This document shows positions 51,001 through 64,000 of a stretch of 64,000 nt of DNA, one piece after another. The position numbers and the translations under genes are program-made. The notes below the pieces were generated by a model, which was not told the origin of the DNA, made no database searches, and saw only the letters and a list, made by a program, of their open reading frames with translations. Each line of letters opens with the position of its first letter. Position 1 is the first letter of the stretch. The DNA is taken from assembly GCF_006345805.1 (NCBI RefSeq), contig NC_043013.1:43586001-43650000 (forward strand), given 5' to 3'. The DNA comes from Octopus sinensis. Taxonomy: Eukaryota.

Positions 51001-54000
51001 ACCAGCACCAGTGCTTTTTACATGGCACCAGCACCAGTGCTTTTTACATGGTACCAGCACCAGTGCTTTTTACATGGTACCAGCACCAGTGCTTTTTTAC
51101 ATGGTACCAGCACCAGTGCCTTTTACATGGTACCAGCACCAGTGCTTTTTTACATGGTACCAGCACCAGTGCTTTTTACATGGCACCAGCACCAGTGCTT
51201 TTTACATGGTACCAGCACCAGTGCTTTTTACATGGTACCAGCACCAGTGCTTTTTACATGGTACCAGTACCGATGCTTTTTACATGGTACCAGCACCAGT
51301 GCTTTTTACATGGCACCAGCACCGATGCTTTTTACATGGTACCAGCACCAGTGCTTTTTACATGGCACCAGTACCGATGCTTTTTACATGGTACCAGCAC
51401 CAGTGCTTTTTACATGGTACCAGCACCAGTGCTTTTTACATGGCACCAGTACCGATGCTTTTTACATGGTACCAGCACCAGTGCTTTTTACATGGCACCA
51501 GCACCGATGCTTTTTACATGGTACCAGCACCAGTGCTTTTTACATGGTACCAGCACCAGTGCTTTTTACATGGCACCAGCACCAGTGCTTTTTACATGGT
51601 ACCAGCACCAGTGCTTTTTTACATGGTACCAGCACCAGTGCTTTTTACATGGTACCAGCACCAGTGCTTTTTTACATGGTACCAGCACCAGTGCTTTTTA
51701 CATGGTACCAGCACCAGTGCTTTTTACATGGTACCAGCACCGATGCTTTTTACATGGTACCAGCACCAGTGCTTTTTACATGGTACCAGCACCAGTGCTT
51801 TTTTACATGGTACCAGCACCAGTGCTTTTTACATGGTACCAGCACCAGTGCTTTTTTACATGGTACCAGCACCAGTGCTTTTTACATGGTACCAGCACCA
51901 GTGCTTTTTACATGGCACCAGTACCGATGCTTTTTACATGGTACCAGCACCAGTGCTTTTTACATGGCACGAGTACCGATGCTTTTTACATGGTACCAGC
52001 ACCAGTGCTTTTTACATGGCACCAGCACCAGTGCTTTTTACATGGCACCAGTACCGATGCTTTTTACATGGTACCAGCACCAGTGCTTTTTACATGGCAC
52101 CAGTACCGATGCTTTTTACATGGTACCAGCACCAGTGCTTTTTACATGGTACCAGCACCAGTGCTTTTTACATGGTACCAGCACCAGTGCTTTTTACATG
52201 GTACCAGCACCAGTGCTTTTTACATGGCACCAGTACCGATGCTTTTTTCATGGTACCAGCACCAGTGCTTTTTACATGGTACCAGCACCAGTGCTTTTTA
52301 CATGGTACCAGCACCAGTGCTTTTTACATGGCACCAGTACCGATGCTTTTTACATGGTACAAGCACCAGTGCTTTTTACATGGCACCAGCACCAGTGCTT
52401 TTTACATGGCACCAGTACCGATGCTTTTTACATGGTACCAGCACCAGTGCTTTTTACATGGTACCAGCACCAGTGCTTTTTACATGGCACCAGTACCGAT
52501 GCTTTTTACATGGTACCAGCACCAGTGCTTTTTACATGGCACCAGCACCAGTGCTTTTTACATGGTACCAGCACCAGTGCTTTTTACATGGCACCAGTAC
52601 CGATGCTTTTTACATGGTACCAGCACCAGTGCTTTTTACATGGTACCAGCACCAGTGCTTTTTACATGGCACCAGTACCGATGCTTTTTACATGGTACCA
52701 GCACCAGTGCTTTTTACATGGCACCAGCACCAGTGCTTTTTACATGGTACCAGCACCAGTGCTTTTTACATGGCACCAGTACTGATGCTTTTTACATGGC
52801 ACCAGTACCGATGCTTTTTACATGGTACCAGCACCAGTGCTTTTTACATGGTACCAGCACCAGTGCTTTTTACATGGCACCAGTACCGATGCTTTTTACA
52901 TGGTACCAGCACCAGTGCTTTTTACATGGTACCAACACCAGTGCTTTTTACATGGCACCAGCACCAGTGCTTTTTTACATGGCACCAGCACCAGTGCTTT
53001 TTACATGGTACCAACACCAGTGCTTTTTACATGGCACCAGCACCAGTGCTTTTTTACATGGTACCAACACCAGTGCTTTTTACATGGCACCAGTACCGAT
53101 GCTTTTTACATGGTACAAGCACCAGTGCTTTTTACATGGTACCAACACCAGTGCTTTTTACATGGCACCAGTACCGATGCTTTTTACATGGCACCAGCAC
53201 CAGTGCTTTTTTACATGGTACCAGCACCAGTGCTTTTTACATGGTACCAACACCAGTGCTTTTTACATGGCACCAGCACCAGTGCTTTTTTACATGGTAC
53301 CAACACCAGTGCTTTTTTACATGGCACCAGCACCAGTGCTTTTTTACATGGTACCAACACCAGTGCTTTTTACATGGCACCAGCACCAGTGCTTTTTTAC
53401 ATGGTACCAGCACCAGTGCTTTTTACATGGCACCAGCACCAGTGCTTTTTTACATGGCACCAGCACCAGTGCTTTTTACATGGCACCAGTACCGATGCTT
53501 TTTACATGGTACCAGCACCAGTGCTTTTTTACATGGTACCAGCACCAGTGCTTTTTTACATGGTACCAGCACCAGTGCTTTTTACATGGTACCAGCACCA
53601 GTGCTTTTTACATGGTACCAGCACCAGTGCTTTTTACATGGTACCAGCACCAGTGCTTTTTTACATGGTACCAGCACCAGTGCTTTTTACATGGCACCAG
53701 TACCGATGCTTTTTACATGGTACCAGCACCAGTGCTTTTTACATGGCACCAGCACCAGTGCTTTTTTACATGGTACCAGCACCAGTGTTTTACATGGTAC
53801 CAGCACCAGTGCTTTTACATGGTACCAGCACCAGTGCTTTTTACATGTACCAGCACCAGTGCTTTTTACATGGTACCAGCACCAGTGCTTTTACATGGTA
53901 CCAGCACCAGTGCTTTTTACATGGTACCAGCACCAGTGCTTTTACATGGTACCAGCACCAGTGCTTTTTACATGGTACCAGCACCAGTGCTTTTTACATG

Positions 54001-57000
54001 GTACCAGCACCAGTGCTTTTACATGGCACCAGCACAGTGCTTTTTACATGGTACCAGCACCAGTGCTTTTACATGGTACCAGCACCAGTGTGCTTTTTAC
54101 ATGGTACCAGCACCAGTGCTTTTTTACATTGGTACCAGCACCAGTGCTTTTTACATGGTACCAGCACCAGTGCTTTTACATGGTACCAGCACCAGTGCTT
54201 TTTACATGGTACCAGCACCAGTGCTTTTTACATGGTACCAACACCAGTGCTTTTTACATGGCACCAGCACCAGTGCTTTTTACATGGTACCAGCACCAGT
54301 GCTTTTTTACATGGTACCAGCACCAGTGCTTTTTACATGGTACCAGCACCAGTGCTTTTTTACATGGTACCAAACCAGTGCTTTTACATGGCACCAGCAC
54401 CAGTGCTTTTTTACATGGTACCAACACCAGTGCTTTTTACATGGCACCAGCACCAGTTTTTTACATGGTACCAGCACCAGTGCTTTTTACATGGTACCAG
54501 CACCAGTGCTTTTTACATGGTACCAGCACCAGTGCTTTTACATGGTACCAGCACCAGTGCTTTTTACATGGTACCAGCACCAGTGCTTTTTTACATACAT
54601 GGTACCAGCACCAGTGCTTTTTACATGGTACCAGCACCAGTGCTTTTTACATGGTACCAGCACCAGTGCTTTTTTACATGGTACCAACACCAGTGCTTTT
54701 TACATGGCACCAGCACCAGTGCTTTTTTACATGGTACCAGCACCAGTGCTTTTTACATGGTACCAGCACCAGTGCTTTTTACATGGTACCAGCACCAGTG
54801 CTTTTTTACATGGTACCAACACCAGTGCTTTTTACATGGCACCAGCACCAGTGCTTTTTTACATGGTACCAACACCAGTGCTTTTTACATGGCACCAGCA
54901 CCAGTGCTTTTTTACATGGTACCAGCACCAGTGCTTTTTACATGGTACCAGCACCAGTGCTTTTTACATGGTACCAGCACCAGTGCTTTTTACATGGTAC
55001 CAGCACCAGTGCTTTTTACATGGTACCAGCACCAGTGCTTTTTACATGGTACCAGCACCAGTGCTTTTTACATGGTACCAGCACCAGTGCTTTTACATGG
55101 TACCAGCACCAGTGCTTTTACATGGCACCAGCACCAGTGCTTTTACATGGTACCAGCACCAGTGCTTTTTACATGGTACCAACACCAGTGCTTTTTACAT
55201 GGCACCAGCACCAGTGCTTTTTTACATGGTACCAACACCAGTGCTTTTTACATGGTACCAGCACCAGTGCTTTTTTACATGGTACCAACACCAGTGCTTT
55301 TTACATGGCACCAGCACCAGTGCTTTTTACATGGTACCAGCACCAGTGCTTTTTACATGGTACCAACACCAGTGCTTTTTACATGGTACCAACACCAGTG
55401 CTTTTTTACATGGTACCAACACCAGTGCTTTTTACATGGTACCAGCACCAGTGCTTTTTTACATGGTACCAACACCAGTGCTTTTTACATGGCACCAGCA
55501 CCAGTGCTTTTTTACATGGTACCAACACCAGTGCTTTTTACATGGTACCAGCACCAGTGCTTTTTTACATGGTACCAACACCAGTGCTTTTTACATGGCA
55601 CCAGCACCAGTGCTTTTTTACATGGTACCAACACCAGTGCTTTTTACATGGTACCAACACCAGTGCTTTTTACATGGCACCAGCACCAGTGCTTTTACAT
55701 GGCACCAGCACCAGTGCTTTTTACATGGTACCAACACCAGTGCTTTTTACATGGTACCAGCACCAGTGCTTTTTACATGGTACCAGCACCAGTGCTTTTA
55801 CATGGTACCAGCACCAGTGCTTTTTACATGGTACCAGCACCAGTGCTTTTTACATGGTACCAGCACCAGTGCTTTTACATGGTACCAACACCAGTGCTTT
55901 TTTACATGGTACCAACACCAGTGCTTTTTACATGGCACCAGCACCAGTGCTTTTTTACATGGTACCAGCACCAGTGCTTTTTACATGGTACCAGCACCAG
56001 TGCTTTTTACATGGCACCAGCACCAGTGCTTTTTTACATGGTACCAACACCAGTGCTTTTTACATGGTACCAGCACCAGTGCTTTTTACATGGCACCAGC
56101 ACCAGTGCTTTTTTACATGGTACCAGCACCAGTGCTTTTTACATGGCACCAGCACCAGTGCTTTTTACATGGTACCAGCACCAGTGCTTTTTACATGGCA
56201 CCAGTACCGATGCTTTTTACATGGTACCAGCACCAGTGCTTTTTACATGGTACCAACACCAGTGCTTTTTACATGGTACCAGCACCAGTGCTTTTTACAT
56301 GGCACCAGTACCGATGCTTTTTACATGGTACCACACCAGTGCTTTTACATGGTACCAGCACCAGTGCTTTTTTACATGGTACCAGCACCAGTGCTTTTTA
56401 CATGGCACCAGTACCGATGCTTTTTACATGGTACCAGCACCAGTGCTTTTTACATGGTACCAACACCAGTGCTTTTTACATGGTACCAACACCAGTGCTT
56501 TTTACATGGTACCAACACCAGTGCTTTTTACATGGTACCAGCACCAGTGCTTTTTACATGGTACCAGCACCAGTGCTTTTTACATGGTACCAGCACCAGT
56601 GCTTTTTACATGGTACCAGCACCAGTGCTTTTTACATGGTACCAACACCAGTGCTTTTTACATGGTACCAGCACCAGTGCTTTTTACATGGTACCAGCAC
56701 CAGTGCTTTTTACATGGTACCAGTACCGATGCTTTTTACATGGTACCAACACCAGTGCTTTTTACATGGTACCAGCACCAGTGCTTTTTACATGGTACCA
56801 GCACCAGTGCTTTTTACATGGTACCAGCACCAGTGCTTTTTACATGGTACCAGCACCAGTGCTTTTTACATGGTACCAGCACCAGTGCTTTTTACATGGT
56901 ACCAGCACCAGTGCTTTTTACATGGTACCAGCACCAGTGCTTTTTACATGGTACCAGTACCGATGCTTTTTACATGGTACCAGCACCAGTGCTTTTTACA

Positions 57001-57111
57001 TGGTACCAGCACCAGTGCTTTTTACATGGTACCAGCACCAGTGCTTTTTACATGGTACCAGTACTGATGCTTTTTACATGGCACCAGCACCGGTGCTTTT
57101 TACATGGCACC
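48081..57111 (+). repeat. About 9-kb tandem array, 26-bp unit GTGCTTTTTACATGGTACCAGCACCA (about 345 copies)
   Basis: Directly visible. Units vary from 25 to 27 bp through the T-run, with recurrent variants. The unit has no stop codon on + in any frame, which explains the kilo-residue ORFs. Confidence 0.97.
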
Positions 57112-57251
57112 TTGGTTTTAGGGTATAAGAATGAATAAGTTTATTAAAAGAAGTAAAACTCCACAGATTACTTATTGCAGGATTTGAACTCTTGAACTAT
57201 AAATCAGTAATATGATATTTATTTGCTTACTTAATTTTTTTTTATTTTTAG

Positions 57252-57365
57252 TACTTTCTGACTAGAAACGAATCCACACTTATTGCCTTTGCTGTCGGAG
57301 CTCAGTATAAACCTGGGAATGGATTCAGCTTGGTTGGCGCCCACGTTGACAGTCCTTGCCTCAAG
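57252..57365 (+). CDS. DNPEP: DNPEP coding exon 4
   Basis: TTTTTAG|[38 protein letters not shown]|GTAAAA. Contains the M18-family GAHxDSP zinc-binding motif. Confidence 0.96.
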
Positions 57366-57885
57366 GTAAAACATCTTTCCTCGTCTTTGAATTCTTTAAT
57401 TACAGTAAAACTTCTCTCAGCTGACACTCAACTGGAACTCTTAAACAACTGGGACCCAGAATTACAAAAAAAGAAAATATGTTGTTAATTAGCCAAGAGA
57501 ATTTGTGTTAATTAATTTTCATTAGAAGAAAGTGTCCGTTGTACATAAAATGAACAGGTGCTTCTCAAAGTGTAGTATTTAGCAGCGTTTACAGTTCCTG
57601 TGTTTTATTAGTTTAATAAAATTTGTTCTTTACTTAGATTATACTTTTATTTCTTCCTACTCCTCTCATTTCTAGTATATTTATAATGTTAATGATGAAA
57701 TGGAATATTAATGATAAAACTGATGTACATAGAGTGAGTTTTAAGGAGATTTGTAAGGTGCTGTGGTAAGTTAGAAAGTGGTGATCAGATAAGTGTTCTT
57801 GCTAACAGATTCCTTTAATAACAAATGTGAACAAGCTACTGTTTGTTATGGTAACATATTTACTTTGTTTATTTTTCTATTTAAG

Positions 57886-58011
57886 GTGAAACCAGTGTCC
57901 AGGAAAGAAAGACAAGGCTACTTGACAGTTGGTGTGCAATGCTATGGTGGTGGTATTTGGGCATCTTGGCTTGATCGAGATCTTACTATAGCTGGTCGAG
58001 TAATGGTTGAT
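57886..58011 (+). CDS. DNPEP: DNPEP coding exon 5
   Basis: VKPVSRKERQGYLTVGVQCYGGGIWASWLDRDLTIAGRVMVD|GTGAGT; M18-family YGGGIW..W.DRDL motif. Confidence 0.96.
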
Positions 58012-58076
58012 GTGAGTACTTTCAAAGAAGAGTACAAGAGAGTAAAAAGGGTTTTTTTTAATCTACCCTCTTTGCT

Positions 58077-58107
<31 letters not shown>

Positions 58108-59098
58108 TTAATGAAATTTATGAATAACAGAGATTCAGAATTTGCAAAAACCATTTTTTAATTTATTACTGAATTTTAAAAATCAGAAACTAATTACAGT
58201 TAATGAATTTACAGCTGCATACATTTGTAATATTTTTGTTCTCAATGAAATAGAGACCACAGTATTTCAAATTTTCAAAAAAGCAAAAAGACTAATGTTT
58301 TCAGATGTAAACAAAATAAAAAACAAAAAATAAAAGAAAAAAAACTAACTATTATTCCTCCAACCTTAATCAATTTCTGTTTTAAAAGAAAAAAAAGTAA
58401 AAAAAAATTTTTTTATTTCATTATGAAAATATTTTTTGTAAATTCTGGAATGTATGTTCAAATCAAAAATATAAAACCCATTAAAACAAATAAATATTAA
58501 CAAAAATCCAAAGATATAATAATGTTAGAGGGGTAAGGTTTAAAAGAAATCAGTTTCCCAAGAACTAATGCCAATAACATTCTTGTTATTGTGGTTGTTA
58601 AGGGTGATAAAAGCACTACACTAATTTGATCTTGTTCCCTTCATTTACCTTTCAGCTGTGCCTTATGACATAAAAGGAAGAAGAAACCATAAATTTTGTG
58701 AAGCATAGAAGCATCCTCCTCTTCTGTATTGCTGCTATCTCTGTTTCCACAATCCCACCTCCTCTCTAACAGTCTTAGTAATTCACTGATGTATTCCTCA
58801 TGGAATTTTTCAAGTTAGGGTTACAATGTTATTGTTATAGTAAGTGTGGCTCTGAGATGTTTGTATGGTGAAGTTGGGGAGGAGATGATTTAATTTTGAG
58901 GAGGTCTAATAATGCAGAAACATGTTTAGTATTGTCTCCCATACTTTCCAAAATGGATTATAGTGTTTGCTATTGAGCTAATGTTGTCTTTTCTTCATCA
59001 CATAACTATTTTTAATTTACTCTATTAAATATCTAAACACTAATTTAAGCTTTAACCTTAACACTTACAATTCTAACCATCTTTTTGTATTTTGACAG

Positions 59099-59223
59099 AA
59101 TGGCAAAGGACTTGAACATCGTCTGGTGAACGTGAAGAAACCAATTCTTCGCATTCCTCATCTTGCTATCCATCTGCAGAGAGACGTTAATGACAAACTG
59201 ACTCTTAACAAAGAGGATCATTT
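59099..59223 (+). CDS. DNPEP: DNPEP coding exon 6
   Basis: GACAG|[41 protein letters not shown](L)|GTAAGA; [12 protein letters not shown] motif. Confidence 0.96.
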
Positions 59224-60004
59224 GTAAGAAACATGACTTTTTGTTTTATATTTGTACTACAACTGTTTCTTAGGTTTTTAAAATTTTTTTAATCTTTTCT
59301 TTGTTCCATCTTCTCCAAAATTTTCAATCAATCCTCATGGAGTTGTCTCCCTTGCATATTTTTTTTTTTAAAGATTTTTTTTTTGTTAGCAACCGTTAGC
59401 TTTTGTATATTATAATTGCATCAATAATAATCGAAGTTTTGCAATTCACTGCATTACCTATTTATGTGTATTTAAGTGTATTTTCATATAATTGGAAATT
59501 TGTAAAACATATCCAACCATGAAACTTATAAACCTATCGTAAAATGTCGTCATCGTCCTCACGTATTGGATGCTTTTTTGCATGTTTATGACACTACAAC
59601 AAGTTTTCTTGATTAAGCACGAGTTGTCTCCCACCAGATAAAATCATTATGTTGCTTCTTTCTGACTTTCTCCTAGTGTTTTCTTGGCACAGATATTGGG
59701 GTGGTTTACCATTGTCTTCCTCAACTGGTTAGCCGTTGGCCAACAAGGAACTTGACTTGCCTTAGACTGGTCTTGTTTTTGTAGCATGGAAGACGAGAGT
59801 GAAAGGAATTGCAACAGGCATGTTCATCTTCAGTCTCGAGCTAACCGACTTTTTCGTTTTCCACATGAAACGGAAAATAAGGCTGGCGAAGAAATGCCTG
59901 TCGCAAGTGTGTTTCGTAAAAGATGGAAGTCTATAGCAAATATGTTGCGAGTGAAAGAACCTGTTTAAACGAGAATATAAAAAGGAGAAAGCAAAGTCTC
60001 CATT

Positions 60005-60411
60005 GGGTAAAATTACAGATTAACACCCGCACGATTTTCACTAAGAAAAAAAAAAAACTCGGATTTTTTGCGTGGAATCAAGTACCCTGACCTCCTAATA
60101 TACTGCAAATCCCATATTTTGGTCCGGAGGGGGAGGGGGGCGGAATTTTCACACAAAAAAAATCAAGCTCCCCGCCATCCTTCCGAACCCAAATATGGGA
60201 TTTACAGCATATTACGAGGTCAGGGTACGTGATGCCACGCAAAAAATCAGTTCTTTTTTGTGTGGAAATTCGGGGGGGAGGGGCACCAATTCCGAACCAA
60301 AATATGGGATTTGCAGCATATTAGGAGGTCAGGGTACTTGATTCCACGCAAAAAATACGAGGTTTTTTTTTTTTCTTCTTAGTGAAAATCGTGCGGGTGT
60401 TAATTTTACCC
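60005..60411. mobile_element. Foldback/MITE with TIRs over 100 bp
   Basis: 60020-60122 is inverted at 60297-60403. A third partial arm lies at about 60186-60250. No TSD resolved. Confidence 0.65.
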
Positions 60412-61432
60412 TTCAGTGTGAGTATGTGGTTTGTGGGGTCGACCGCGTCCTCCGCTCCATTTTTTTGTAAATCACTCATTCTCGTTTAATTGTATATATT
60501 TTAATTGTTTGTTTATTCATATGTTTCGTCTCATTCGATACCCTGACCCCAACGTTTGTTTTGTCTGACCTCGTATCGTCCCCTCTTTTTCTCAACCTCA
60601 TGGTTGATAAAGAAATTGACTGGTCTTGTTTTTAGTTCTGCTGGGTGTACAGATACTTTATCACAAGAATAGCAAGTTACTCGAGTAGGGTAGCTGGTTT
60701 AGTCGCCGACCGCCCAACCATGAGACTGTACTGGTTTACACGATAACAGTAGGAGGTCAAATCAGCTTGTGATGAGATCCCTGACCTGATCTGACTCTAT
60801 GGAAAATGTAATTTTTATTAAATGAAAAGCATTTTGGTTTCTTTTTGACTCTGACGACTTAGACTGTGAAGTAAAAGTTGTACATAGTGTCATGTATTCT
60901 TTTGGGGTACTACTTAAGAAGAGTGGTCCCGGTGCGCGTACTCGCGCATCCGTGTTAGCTAGTTGTGACTAGTTGATCCTTTGGATCTTTTCGGTTTGAA
61001 TGGCAGTTTTTTCTAGCGGTGTCATATGAAATTGTCACCCATAATTATGACCCTAGTATCGATCTATTGCATTTCAATCTGTTTTAGGATTAGGTTTAGT
61101 TAGGGGTGGGGTTTTTTTTAACGGTATTTGTATGTTTTCGTTTAAGACTGTCTGCTATTTCTAGCAGGTTGACTGACCACAGAGGGACCACTCCTGTTGG
61201 CTCATGCTTCCTTCATAGTTTATGATTGAGATGTGATCCAAGTACCTTTTATTTTTCAGTACCAGGGTAAGTGACACATGAAGGACGGTTCCTAGCTTCC
61301 AACAATACCTATAACAAAATATAATGGTATTAACCCATATCTACATTGTATTTTCCCATGTTTTAAATATAAATACTTTACTATTAGAAGCCACTTAAGA
61401 TATGTTTTTTTTTTAACCTTTTTTCCGCATAG

Positions 61433-61499
61433 GAATCCAATCCTAGCCACCAAGGTTCAAGCTCATTTAAATGAAGAAAACTCAACCAAGTCATCAAAG
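61433..61499 (+). CDS. DNPEP: DNPEP coding exon 7
   Basis: CATAG|(L)NPILATKVQAHLNEENSTKSSK|GTAAGG. Phase 2/0 fits. Confidence 0.9.
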
Positions 61500-62690
61500 G
61501 TAAGGGTAAACTTAGGATTTCTCACTGGATTATTTTCTTCATATAGTTCTACCACTGCCGACCAAAGCCTTGTGAGAGGATTTGGTAGACGGAAACTGAA
61601 AGAAGCCTGTCGTATATATGTATATATTTGTATTTGTATGTATATGTTTGTGTGTCTGTGTTTACATCCCCGTAACTTTGCAGTTCGGCAAAAAAGACCG
61701 ATAGAATAAGTACTAGGCTTACAAAGAATAAGTCCTGGGGTCGATTTGCTCGACTAAAGGTGGTGCTCCAGCATGGCCACAGTCAAATGACTGAAACAAG
61801 TAAATGAGTAAATTTGTTTGAAACTGTAATTGATTCTGTTACTACTCCAGAGTTGTTACTTTGGGTATTCATTCAGGCTTGTGTGTGTGTACATGCACCA
61901 AAGAAAATCTTTACTTGTCTTTGATAACATATCATGGGTGATACAGCTCGGTACCAGTGTTGTAGGCTTGGCTGTCATAACACAGAGTCAGACTTGACCC
62001 TTTAATAATTCTACCAATCTACCACCCTGGATTGGTACTATTTTATTGACTTCCCCAAAAGGATGGAAGGCAAAGTTGACCTTGGCAAGATTTGAGCTTT
62101 AAGTGGATAAGGCAAAGCATTCTATCCAACTCTGCCACTCTGTTGTCTTAAAATCAAGCTAATCTGGTGACATAGATAAACCAAGATTTCTTCATGTGAA
62201 GGAATTTTGGAGAAACAAAGTAATTTTAGAAAATTTGAATGTGATAGCCTAAAGTCTTATCCAGAATGAAGATTTAATCTTTCCTCTGCTTACTGCTAGA
62301 GACACCAGTGTTTGACATTAGCATCATGGATTGGTGTGACTTCTGATTGGATTAACAATTTTTTTTTAACTATTTGTCTTATCTCTTGTGCTTTAATTGG
62401 ATAACTTAGTAACTGATTTCTTACTTCAGTTCATATCTACAAATCTGCAGGGAGAGGTTTTAGTAAGTTAATTAAAACTTCAATATGTAACAGGTGCTTT
62501 TACTGACTTTTAAAGGGAAAACTTGTGAAGAGTTGATTCTTGATTCAAAAAAAAATATTTTTAATCAGGATATTGAAGCATAGTGCTGCGCACTTCTAAG
62601 GCATTTAATCTAGAACTTTCCATTTCTTGCACGTTGACACCTTTTCAAAAATTTAATCTTCATTTACTGATTCTCCATTCTTATTTCCAG

Positions 62691-62798
62691 TCTGAGAAGC
62701 ACCATTCTGTACTTATGAAGCTACTTTCTCAAGAACTGCAAGTTGAGACAAACCAGATTATGGACTTTGAACTTTGTCTTGCAGACACTCAGCCAGCA
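62691..62798 (+). CDS. DNPEP: DNPEP coding exon 8
   Basis: TTCCAG|SEKHHSVLMKLLSQELQVETNQIMDFELCLADTQPA|GTAAGT (cf. ERHHSVLMSLL...ELCLADTQPA). Confidence 0.95.
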
Positions 62799-63713
62799 GT
62801 AAGTTCCTTAACAGTAGTTTCTGCTGTTTTTCTTCCTATATTTCCCTAGTTACCATTATCAATAAGCTTAGATGGCCAAATGGCTGAGATATTGAAGGAG
62901 CAATTCCTGATTCATTGTTTCACATCTCACTGCATTTCATTGTGTCTCGCAGCAGGATCACTTAATGGATATCATCTCAGTTTACTTAACTAAACAATAG
63001 TTGCCATCTTATCGTATAATTGTTTCACTCTCAGTTACCTTTGACTAAACAAATCAAAAGCATTCCTGTCATGCCAGTCCCTTCGTTTTTCTCCCCCAGG
63101 TATTGTGTTATAAAGACCACAGATTAAATGTACCACTCATAAACATCATCATCGTCTTCGTTTAACGTCCGCTTTCCATGCTAGCATGGGTTGGACGAAT
63201 GACTGAGGGCTGGCAAACCAGATGGCTGCACCAGGCTTCAATCTTGATCTGGCAGAGTTTCTACAGCTGGATGCCCTTCCTAACGCCAACCACTCCAAGA
63301 GTGTAGCAGGTGTTTTTACGTGTCACCTGTACAGGAGCCAATCCAGCGGCACTGGCAATGCCCTTGCTCGAATGTTGTTTTTCATGTACCACCAGCACAA
63401 TTGCCAGTAAAGCAATGCTGGTAACAATCACTCTCGAATGGTGCTTTTTACGTGCCACCAGAACAGGGGCCAGTCAGCGGCCCTGGCAAAGATCACACTC
63501 GGCTGGTGCTCTTAACGCTCCACTGGCACAGGTGCCAGACATGCAGTGCTGTCATCGAATTTGATTTCGAATTCACTTGCCTCAACAGGTCTTCGCAAGC
63601 TGGGTTTAGTGTCCAATGAAGGAAAGGTACACCTAAGTGGGCTGGTTGAAACCAAAATTACAGTTACAACAAAATTACAACTACAGTTACAATGTTTCAA
63701 TTGTTTCTTCCAG

Positions 63714-63791
63714 GTCATTGGTGGCATTTGTGAAGAGTTTATATTTTCTCCACGTCTGGATAACTTGGTGAACTCCTTCTGTGCTTGTAAG
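63714..63791 (+). CDS. DNPEP: DNPEP coding exon 9 (gene continues off the right edge)
   Basis: TTCCAG|VIGGICEEFIFSPRLDNLVNSFCACK|GTAAGT; RLDNL metal-ligand motif. Confidence 0.95.
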
Positions 63792-64000
63792 GTAAGTCTG
63801 AAACACTGATTGCAGTTCTGTTGTTGTTATTTTGAGTTATTATTACAAGGCAGTAAAGTGGTGAGCTGGCAGAATTGTTAGCACACCAGGCAAAATGCTT
63901 AACAGAATTTCATCCATCTTTACATTCCAAGTTCAAATTCGGCTGAGGTCCTTTGCCTTTCATCCCGTCGAAGTTGATAAAATAAGCAGCAGCTGAGCTC

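Noticed and set aside
48081-57111. CRISPR-like array (palindromic 26-bp repeats)
   Set aside because: Units are head-to-tail with no unique spacers, there are no cas genes, and the context is a eukaryotic intron.
48032-57138. ORFs of 596-3011 aa on the plus strand
   Set aside because: These are read-through of a stop-free 26-bp unit. All three frames give the same 26-aa cycle, and the region lies in a DNPEP intron with intact splice sites on both sides.

Overview
AT-rich, microsatellite- and retroposon-dense animal genomic DNA. The SINE, LINE and MITE families look like those of octopus; that is my recognition and is not verified. Two spliced genes sit head-to-head about 5 kb apart. WDSUB1 (minus strand) has six coding exons from 28973 down to 1935 and continues off the left edge. 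DNPEP, aspartyl aminopeptidase (plus strand), has nine coding exons from a probable ATG-only exon at 34014 to 63791 and continues off the right edge. All GT-AG junctions and phases were reconstructed by hand and join in frame. The introns hold a near-full-length R4/Dong-type LINE, two mariner relics, Helitron, piggyBac, hAT and MULE-type MITEs, RTE and CR1 ends, and many SINEs. A 9-kb array of a 26-bp unit fills DNPEP intron 3 and explains the giant ORFs in the track, which are artefacts. The most interesting layer is invisible to the ORF track: several hammerhead-ribozyme (HHR) folds. Most belong to Penelope-like elements with inverted 5' duplications inserted into (TA)n tracts. One degenerate copy lies inside a tRNA-headed SINE with Penelope-like architecture, and one orphan candidate lies between the genes. 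No ribozyme activity is demonstrated; all such calls come from manual base-pairing.
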